Assembly (NCBI GenBank): GCA_028826165.1
Contig: JAPDFW010000070.1
Location: 1,302,001-1,366,000 of the forward strand
DNA length: 64,000 bases
Direction of reading: 5' to 3'
Source of the DNA: Anaeramoeba ignava BMAN
Lineage: Eukaryota; Protista; Anaeramoebae
Position 1 is the stretch's first letter; each line of letters begins with the position of its first letter. Position numbers and translations under genes: made by a program. This document shows, one piece after another, positions 50,379 to 59,579 of the stretch. The notes beneath the pieces were generated by a model that saw only the letters and a list, made by a program, of their open reading frames with translations, searched no databases and had not been told where the DNA came from.

Positions 50379-52674
50379 CTATTTTTGTTTTTTTGACTTT
50401 TTCGGTTTTTTTTTAATTTCTTTTTCTTCTTGCTTTTCTTCTTGCTTTTCTTCTTGTTGGTTGTCAATGTCTTGAATATTTTGAGGATCTGAAAGAATTT
50501 GATCATCTTCATTTGGAGATTCTTGTTCAATTATCATTTGCTGATTTTTATTTTGTTGAGATTTTTGAAATTGTTTTTTTGATAAAGATTGATTATCAAG
50601 TTGGTTGTCAATGTCCATTTTTTGAGGTTGTTTTGTGAATTTTTTTGTCTGTTGTTTTTTCTGTGTTTTTTGAGGTTGTTTTTTTCCTGATTCAAGAATT
50701 GCCAGAATATTTTGACATTTTTGAGAAAAAACATGAAGAGCTTCAACAAATAAATCTTGAGCAGATAAAATTCCAGTTGATTCAATTTCAAAAATAAAGT
50801 GATTGCGATCTTTAAATAATTTAATTGAATTACTAATTCTAAGACATTCCCGGCACATTGTACAATCTCTTGAATTTTTGACTTTTAAGTGTGAGTCTTC
50901 AATGTCAAATACTTTTTTTGGACATTTTTCATATATTTCTTTTTCTTCTTTTTCTGTAATTGTTGATTCAATTTTAATTTTTGGCATCATTCTATAAAAT
51001 GCTGTGCAAACTGGTGACCATTTTGCATGTGTTTTTCCTATTCCTTTAACACATTCCATTTCTAATGATATTTCCTTTTCGATTTGATTTTCAATTTAAA
51101 TTTTAATTTTGATTTTAATTTAAATTTAAATTTTAATTTTAATTTTAATTTTAATTTTAATTTTAATTTTAATTTTAATTTTAATTTTAAATTTAATTTT
51201 AATTTTGATTTTAATTTTAATTTTAATTTTAATTTTAATTTTGATTTTAATTTTAATTTTAATTTTAATTTTAATTTTAATTTTAATTTTAATTTTAATT
51301 TTAATTTTAATTTTAATTTTAATTTTGATTTTAATTTTAATTTTAATTTTAATTTTAATTTTAATTTTAATTTTAATTTTAATTTTAATTTTAATTTCAA
51401 TTTTAATTTTGATTTTAATTTTGATTTTAATTTTATAAATGAATTTTAATTTTAATTTTAATTTTAATTTTAATTTTAATTTTGATTTTAATTTTAATTT
51501 TGAATCAAACTTGATTTTTAGCAAGTTTTGCAATTAAAATATCATTATGAACAGGTTTAATTCCTTCAGGAAATATTTCTTGTTGATTTCCAAAAGGTTT
51601 CCATTTTAAATCACAAGAAAGAACTCTATGATTAAATAAAGTTTTATCTCTTTCTGTTAAACTTTGTTGCATTGCCTGTAATAATTTTGGATAACGAGGA
51701 TCATTTTTAAATAATTTCTTTTCTGATTTATAATTATCATCAACATGATAATCTTCAATTTTCTTTCTATTTTTTTGAATTTCATTTTCAGCATCTTTTT
51801 TATCAATGCATTTAACATCTAAATTAAATATAATTGTATTATTTTCTGTTGCTTCTTTTCCATCTCGAAATTCTAATTTTCGTGGATCTACTTTAATAGG
51901 AATTAATCCAAGTCGATGTGCTAATATTTCATCTTGAATAACTGATGTATTGTTTTTAATTTTAACATATTCTATCGCAACTGTTGGAATCTTTAATTAT
52001 AAATATAATAAATATAAATATAAATATAAATATAAATATAAATATAATTATAAATATAATTATAAATATAAATATAATTATAAATATAAATATAAATATA
52101 AATATAAATATAAATATAAATATAAATATAAATATAAATATAAATATAAATATAATTATAAATATAAATATAATTATAAATATAAATATAAATATAAATA
52201 TAATTATAAATAGAAATTTAAATATAAATATAAATATAAATATAAATATAAATATAAATATAAATTTTCTTTTAAATTTTCTTTTAAATATAAATTTAAA
52301 TATAAATTTAAATATAAATATAAATATAAATATAAATATAAATATAAATATAAATATAAATATAAATATAAATATAAATATATTTTAAATTTTTATGTTA
52401 CTTCGCTTAATAAAATCCTCCTTAGTGCATTTGCTATAGAAGCATCAATTCCAATTAAATCAGTTGTTAATTTATCTTCACTCATTTCAATTATACGAAC
52501 TTTAAAATTTTTTTGGAAATTTTCAATCGAAAAAAATTCATCATCATAATCCATTACCTTTTTTTTTTTTTTAAAGAAAGAAAGAAAAAGAAAAATAATA
52601 AAACTTGTTTGAATTTTTTATATCAAAAAATAAAATACATTAGAAACATATTCATTTTTAAATTCAATTGACAT
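50379..52674 (-). CDS. POLR1C: RNA polymerase I/III subunit AC40 (RPAC1/RPC40), 4 exons
   Basis: DLIGIDASIANALRRILLSE|IPTVAIE..NNTSVIQDEILAHRLGLIP; DILIAKL; KGIGKTHAKWSPVCTAFYR; CPKKVFDIED..RDCTMCREC; HFIFEIESTG. Confidence 0.95.
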
Positions 52675-52755
52675 TTTTTTTTTTGAAAAAGAAAGAGAAA
52701 AAAAAAATGAAAAAAATGATTTTATTTTTTTTTTGAATTTTGTTTTGTTTTTGAA
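52675..52755. promoter_or_regulatory. 81-bp bidirectional promoter between POLR1C and the BTB-TLDc gene
   Basis: Divergent ATGs at 52674 and 52756; TCATTTT copies on the minus strand. Confidence 0.6.
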
Positions 52756-54256
52756 ATGAACTCTTTATCCCAAGAAATCCAACAAAAATTAATACAAGAT
52801 TATTTCAAAATTAACGGAGAAAACCTTTTTACAGATTTTTCAATTGAAACTGACGAAAAAAAACCGCCTTTACGTTGTCACAGAATAATTTTATTTGCTC
52901 GAAGCCAGTTCTTTAAAGACTTATTCCAGAAATCCAAAACAGAAGATAAAATCACTATTCAAGACATCCCAAGAAAAGTTTTACAGCAGACATTAAGTTA
53001 TTTATATTCAGGAATTTGTGATATTGACGAAACAAAATTTGTGGATTTTCTCAAAGTGGCAGAAAAATTCCAATTGGATGAACTTAAAAAGCATCTCGAA
53101 GTCGTGATCAAAGACAAGATATCAGTAGGAAATGTTCTTTCCATTTTCAATGCTTTGGCGTCTTTGAACTTGTCATATCCAGAAATCCAAAAAGAAAGCG
53201 AGAAAATTATCAAGCAAAATATAAAAGCAATTTTAAAAACAGAAGAATTTTTGAGTTTGTCTGAAGAAACACTCGAGAAGATACTTTCCATCAAGCAAAT
53301 CCAGCATAAAGCGCTAGTTCATATCTTCCAGGGTTTGTTGAAGTGGGGCAAGCATCGGTATGGTGTTTCCAGTATTGAGGAAATGGACCAAAAAAAAGTC
53401 GAAGAATTTCAAAACTTGATCCAAAATTTAATGTTAAAAATTCAACTGCAGAATATCACAATAAGACAAATTGAGGAAATGAAGAAGCTGAAATTCTTTG
53501 ACGAAATCCCGCAACAGATCCAGTTCAACATTAATTTGTTAGCAAAGAAAAACAAGCAAGACCAAGAAATTGAGAAACTTCAACAAGAAACAGAGAAAGT
53601 GAAAAAAAAAATAATCAAAACAGTTAATCAGGAGAATCAAGAAAAACCGAAGAAACCCAAAAAACCCAAAACAAAAGATGAACCAAAGAAAGAAGATTTG
53701 GGACCGTTTGTCGGATCTTCAATAATTACAAAGAAAATTTACGCTCAATATTTAAAAGCTTGGCTCAAAGACGATTCTTTTTTTAATCATTTGCAAATAT
53801 GTTTTTCAGCAGCAAAAGACGGTTTTGATTGCAAGATTTTCCACCAGAAATGTGATGATCGCAAGAAAACACTTGTTTTAATCAAAACAACTGAGAATTT
53901 CATTTTTGGAGGTTATACTTCAGTCGGTTGGCAAAAAGGAAGTAATAAAAAGAAAGATTTGGGATGCAGATGCCTTTATCTTTTCCTTGAAAAACCCCAA
54001 AAATCTCAAACCCACTAAGTTCCCCATTTCTAAAAGAAGAGAAATGCATGCTGTTTATTACGGAACTCAATTTGGTCCTATTTTCGGTGGAAATGATATT
54101 TATATTTATGGTAATTTGAAAGGTGGTCATACTGATTTCGGTTTTTCTTATGCTTTGCCTCATGGAATTGAATACTCTTCTCAAGATGCCTTGGAATTTT
54201 TTGCTGGTTCTTATAAGATGTGGAAAATTGAAGAGTTGGAAGTTTATTGTTTGTGA
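52756..54256 (+). CDS. Intronless BTB/POZ(-BACK)-TLDc protein with one apparent frameshift near 53950
   Basis: BTB motifs TDFSI..LRCHRIILFARSQFF..LSYLYSG. TLDc motifs SAAKDGF..FHQKCD..TLVLIKT..FIFGGYTSVGW, then in another frame DADAFIFSL..GPIFGGNDI..FFAGS..IEELEVY. Confidence 0.85.
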
Positions 54257-54546
54257 TTTTTGGATTGATTTTTTAAATTGATTTTAAATTGATTTTTAAA
54301 TTGATTTTTGGATTGATTTTTTTAAATTGATTTAAATTGATTTTTGGATTGATTTTTTTAATTGATTTTTGGATTGATTTTTAAATTGATTTAAATTGAT
54401 TTTTGGATTGATTTTTGGATTGATTTTTGGATTGATTTTTGGATTGATTTTTGGATTGATTTTTTAATTGATTTTTTAATTGATTTGTTTTGTTTTGTTT
54501 TGTTTTGTTTTGTTTTGTTTTGTTTTGTTTTGTTTTGTTGTTTTGT
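54257..54546. repeat. (TTGGATTGATTT)n followed by (TTTTG)n tandem repeats
   Basis: Visible immediately after the TLDc stop codon. Confidence 0.85.
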
Positions 54547-54613
54547 TCAATCCAAAAAATTTTAAAAAAAAAATTTTAAAAAAAAGTTTTTCATTTTTTT
54601 CTCTAAAATTAAA

Positions 54614-55314
54614 ATGATAACAGAAATCCCCTTACTTACACCACCTGATAAATTTGGAATTGTTGAACCTGGAATATTTCGTTCAAATACTATCCATGAT
54701 ATTAATTTCTCTTTCCTTCAAACTCTCAAACTAAAAACAGTTATTCAATTATCTCCTGAACTTCCAACAAAATCTCTCTTAGTTTTTTATGAGGAAAATG
54801 GAATAAATTTTATTCATCTTGGATTTAGAAAATGGAATGTAGAAATTACATGGAAACCAATGAGTGAGGAAATTATAAAAGAAGCTCTTGAAATTGTATT
54901 GAATGTTGAAAAGCATCCAATTTTGATAACTTGCACGTAATTTAAATCAAATTAAATTAAATTAAATTAAATTAAATTAAATTTTAATTTACATTCTTAG
55001 TTCAGGAATCCACCAAACTGGTGTTTTAGTTGGCTGTCTCAGAAAACTCCAAAAATGGAACTTAAATTCCATTTTATTAGAAAATATTTTTTATGGTTTA
55101 GGAACTGTTCGGCTTCAATCTGAACAATTGATCGAGTCATATGACACTGATCTTGTCGATTTACCATCAAATCTTCCTGAATGGTTTCAATTTCAAAGGA
55201 AATTAATGGTAATTTTTATTAAAATTCAATTATTTTAAATTTTTAAAAAATTTTTTAATTTTTGAATTTTATTTTATAAAGATGGAAGAAGATGAAGAAT
55301 TGCGAAAATTGTAA
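54614..55314 (+). CDS. SIW14/OCA-family (PFA-DSP) phosphatase-like protein with a CX5Q P-loop, 3 exons
   Basis: PPDKFGIVEPGIFRS..NFSFLQTLKLKT. Spliced [29 protein letters not shown]. Introns are 54937-54999 and about 55209-55281. Confidence 0.85.
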
Positions 55315-56653
55315 ATAAATTAAACAAGAAAAAGAAAATCAAAAAGAAACAAAAAAAGGTTGTGAAAAAAGGAGAATTTACGAAAAAAAAAAAATTTTTT
55401 TTCTTTTTCTTCTTCTTTTTGTTTTTTGGTTAATTTGTTTTTGAATTGGTCAATAATTTATCCAAAAATATTTTAATTAAAAAACTTTTTAAATTAAAGG
55501 AATAAAATAATTAAATTAAAGGGACAAAATTCTTAAATTAACCCTTAAAAGAAAATTATTAAATAAATTAAAATTAAATTTAAAATAAAAATTCATTTAT
55601 TTAATTTTAATTTTAATTTTAAATTTTAATTTATGATCAAATTTTTTTCAATAGTTAAATAAATAAATAAATAAAAATTTTGGAAGAAGAAAGAAAAAAG
55701 ACAAAAATTCTTTTTAAATTCAAAATAAAATTAAAAATTAAAAAATAAAAAAAATTGGAAGAAATGATCAACTTATTAAAATTAATTTAATTTAATTAAA
55801 TTTTAAATTAATTTTAATTTATCTTTTCTTTTTTAATTTTTTTAATAATTTTTTTAATAATTTTTTTATTAATTTTTTTAATAGGAATTTTTGTTTGAAT
55901 TTTGAATAGTTTTTGATCACTATTTAAATTTAATTTGATAAATGAATTTTTTAATTTAAAAAATTTAATTTTAATTTTAATTTTAATTTTCCCTTTTGAT
56001 TTTCTGTTTCTTTTTTAAGATCTTTTTCAAATTAAAAAATTAAAAAAAAATTAAACAAAATTAATAAAAAAAAAAAAGGAAAGATCTTATTTGACACACC
56101 AAAATAACTAAAATCAAATTTAAATTAAAATCAAATTTAAATTAAAATCAAATTTAAACTAAAAAATAAAAGGAAAAATAAAAATAAAAATAAAAGGTTT
56201 TTATTATTATTTTTATAAAAAGATCAAAAAACAATTGACTTTGAAGAATAAAAAAACAAAAAAAACAACAAATAGACAAATAGACAAATAGACAAATAGA
56301 CAAATAAAATAATAAAAATAATAAAAATAAAATATAAATAAAAAGGAGATCAAACTAAATAAAAACCCAAAAAAATAAAAAAACAAAAAAACAAAAAAAC
56401 AAAATAAAAAATAAAAAAAAAAAAACACGGAATAAAAAAAATTTTTTAGTATTATAAGTATAACCGAATAAATGATCGAAAAAACTGAGTCTCTTGATCG
56501 TTATTAAAAATAATATCTAGAAAACTTTGCGATCTTTAAATTAATTTTTTAATAACAAAAAAGGGATATTTATAAGTCACGATTTTTTTTCCATTTTTTT
56601 TTTTTTAAAAAAATTTTAATTATTTTTTTCTTTATTTATTTTTTTTTTTTTCA

Positions 56654-58183
56654 ATGGAACAAAAAACAACAAGGATTAATAAAAAAAAAAAGAAAAGAAA
56701 TGCTTTTCCGAAAAAGCCCCGAAATGGTTATTTTATTTTCTGTGCTGATGCAAGACAAACTATAAAGGAACAATATCCAGAAATGTCCATTAGTGAAATT
56801 GGAAAACTTCTTGGCAAAATGTGGAATGAACTGGATCCCGAAGAAAAAAAAGTAAAAATACTTATTAAAATTCATTTTAAATAACTCCCATAATTTATTT
56901 TTACGTGTTGTTTTTTTTAATTAACGAGTTAATTTAATAATTTAATTTAATAATTTAATAATTTAATAATTTAATAATAGATTTAATGATTTAATTTGAT
57001 AATAGATTTGATAATAGATTTGATAATAGATTTAATAATTTGATTTAATGATTTAATAATTTGATATTTTAATAATTTGATTTAATGATTTGATTTAATG
57101 ATTTGATATTTTAATAATTTAATAATTTAATGATTTGATTTAATAATTTAATAATTTAATAATTTGATTTAATAATTTGATTTAATAATTTAATAATTTA
57201 ATAATTTAATAATTTGATTTAATAATTTAATAATTTGATTTAATGATTTAATAATTTAATAATTTAATAATTTAATAATTTAATGATTTGATTTAATAAT
57301 TTAATGATTTAATAATTTGATTTAATAATTTAATAATTTAATAATTTAATAATTTAATAATTTAATAATTTGATAATAGATTTAATAATTTAATAATTTG
57401 ATTTAATGATTTAATAATTTAATAATTTAATAATTTAATAATTTGATTTAATGATTTAATAATTTAATAATTTAATAATTTAATAATTTAATAATTTAAT
57501 AATAGATTTAATAATAGATTTAATAATTTGATTTAATAATTTGATTTAATAATTTGATAATTTAATAATTTAATTTAATAATTGAATAATAATAATTTAA
57601 TAATTTAATTGAATTAATAGAAATATAGTGAAAAAGCTAAACAAGAACAAGAAGAATATTCCCAGAAATTATATAAATTAGCAGAAAAAAATAAGAGAAA
57701 AGAAGAGAAAAATATATCAAAACCAAAAAAAAAAGCAAAAAAAAGAAAAAAAAAACCACAAAATCCATTCTTTTTATTCAGTCAAGAAGTTAGACCACAA
57801 GTCCGAGAAAAAAATCCAAAACTTCATCAAAGCGAAATTTCAAGAATAATAGGCAAAATGTGGAGAAATTTAACTGATCAAGAAAAAACTGTAAATTGAT
57901 TTTTTATAAAAAAAAAAGTGGAACAAAAAATATTTTTTTTTCTCATCTTTTTAAATTTGGAAAAATTTAATTAAATAATTAATAAAAGCCTTATCGACAA
58001 AAAGGAGCTGAATTAAGTGCACAATATAAAGAAGGAAAAAAACAAGAAAAAGAAGAAAAAGAAGAAAAAAAAAAAGAAAAGAAAAAGAAAAAGAAAAAGG
58101 AAAAAGAAGAGAAAGAAAAAGAAGAGAAAGAAAAAGAAGAGAAAGAGAAAGAGAATGAAAAAGATAAAGATCATTCCAATTAA
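56654..58183 (+). CDS. Two-HMG-box protein (HMGB/Nhp6-like), 3 exons
   Basis: PKKPRNGYFIFC..R..IKEQYP..EIGKLLGKMWNEL.PEEKK|KY, then KKPQNPFFLFSQEVRPQVREKNP..EISRIIGKMWRNLT.QEK|PY, followed by a charged tail. Confidence 0.9.
56930..57615. repeat. (TTTAATAAT)n / TTTGA-variant intronic satellite (HMG intron 56852-57620)
   Basis: Visible 9-14-mer tandem array. Confidence 0.9.
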
Positions 58184-58325
58184 TTAAAAGAAAATGATTG
58201 ATTGATTTTTTTTGTTAAATTATCTATTTAATTTTTTTTAGGAGTAATTTTATTAAAAAATTTTTTTTTCATTTTTCATTTTTCATTTTTCATTTTTCTC
58301 TAAATATTTTAAAATAATAAATAAT

Positions 58326-59183
58326 ATGGATACTACAAATCCAAATAAAAAAGAATCTTTTATTTGCACAACTTGTCTTACAGAATTCGAATTGAATCAA
58401 GATTTATTAAACCATTACAAAAGTGAATGGCATCGTTTCAATTTAGTAAGAAAATCTTCATCTAAAAAACCTGTTTCTCTTCAACAATTCGAAGAAGATC
58501 GAAAAGTTTTAGAACAACCAACACAATTCTCAAGAAGAAAAATAAGGCAGTTAAATAAAAGAGAAAAAAAGCATCGAATCAAAAAAAAAATTCAACAACA
58601 CAAACAAAAAATCCAATCAAAAAAAAATCAAAAACAAACTTTGGAACAGGAAAATGAAAAAAAATCAAATCTTAATGAAGAAGATGAAGCAAAAGCTTTG
58701 CAAAAAAAAATGGATGAAAAAATTGAGAAAAAAATTCAGCAAAACAAAAAATATCTTTCTTTAAAAAATTGTTTATTTTGCCCCAAAAAATTCGATTCAA
58801 TTCAAAAAGTTCTAAAACATATGGAAGAAAATCATAGTTTAATAATTCCTGATTTAGATCATGTAAACGATATTGAAGAATTACTTTTATTTTTCCATGA
58901 AAAAATCACAATTGGAAATTATTGTTTATTTTGCAATAAAGAATTTAAGAATTTAAATTCAGTTAGAAATCATATGAAAGATTTAGGTCATTCCAAAATG
59001 AATATAAATTTAGCAAATTTTGGTGAATACAAGAAATTTTATGATTATTATGATAGTGATGATTATGATGATAGTGATTATGATTATGAAGAAGATGATG
59101 ATTATTATTATTATGAAAATGATAATGAAAATGATAATGAAAATGAAAATGAAAATGATAATGAAAATGATTCTTCAAATTAG
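58326..59183 (+). CDS. REI1: REI1/ZNF622-like 60S maturation zinc-finger protein
   Basis: FICTTC..HYKSEWHRFNL.RK; CLFC...HMEENHSLIIPD; EKITIGNYCLFCNKEF..VRNHMKDLGHSKM; FYDY. Confidence 0.85.
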   Translation: MDTTNPNKKESFICTTCLTEFELNQDLLNHYKSEWHRFNLVRKSSSKKPVSLQQFEEDRKVLEQPTQFSRRKIRQLNKREKKHRIKKKIQQHKQKIQSKKNQKQTLEQENEKKSNLNEEDEAKALQKKMDEKIEKKIQQNKKYLSLKNCLFCPKKFDSIQKVLKHMEENHSLIIPDLDHVNDIEELLLFFHEKITIGNYCLFCNKEFKNLNSVRNHMKDLGHSKMNINLANFGEYKKFYDYYDSDDYDDSDYDYEEDDDYYYYENDNENDNENENENDNENDSSN

Positions 59184-59579
59184 AAAAAAAAAAATTAATA
59201 AAAAAGTTATTTTCTTTCTTTTTTTTTTTTTAAAGAACAAGAAAAGGAAAGAAAGAAAATTAGAAAAAATTGTTTTTGATAATAATTTTGTTTTTTTTTT
59301 AATGAATTTGGAAAAAAAAAAATTTCTTTAAAATCTTAAAGTTTTTCTTTCATCAAATTTTTTTTTTTTTTGGAAAAGAAGGAAAACAAAATTTTTGAAA
59401 AAAAAAAAAGAAGAAAAAAGAGTTCCTTGTTTCTAGAATTGATAGATAAAATGATTTTGTTGTTGTTTTTTTTTTTTTTTTGATTTGATTTTTGTTTAAA
59501 AGAAAAATATTTTGAAAAAAAAATTTGTTTGGTTTTCTTTTCAAAATATTTTTTTTTTAATAAAAATGTATTTACTCTT

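Noticed and set aside
9510-52674. Inteins in the USP, POLR1C or other genes
   Set aside because: Catalytic motifs are contiguous, and no C...HN/C-S-T Hint boundaries or LAGLIDADG motifs were seen. The RPAC1 insert is too short.
49860-56500. Box C/D snoRNA or tRNA candidates in the non-repetitive intergenic patches (49860-49930, 56460-56500)
   Set aside because: No proper RUGAUGA/CUGA pair with a terminal stem and no cloverleaf could be drawn.
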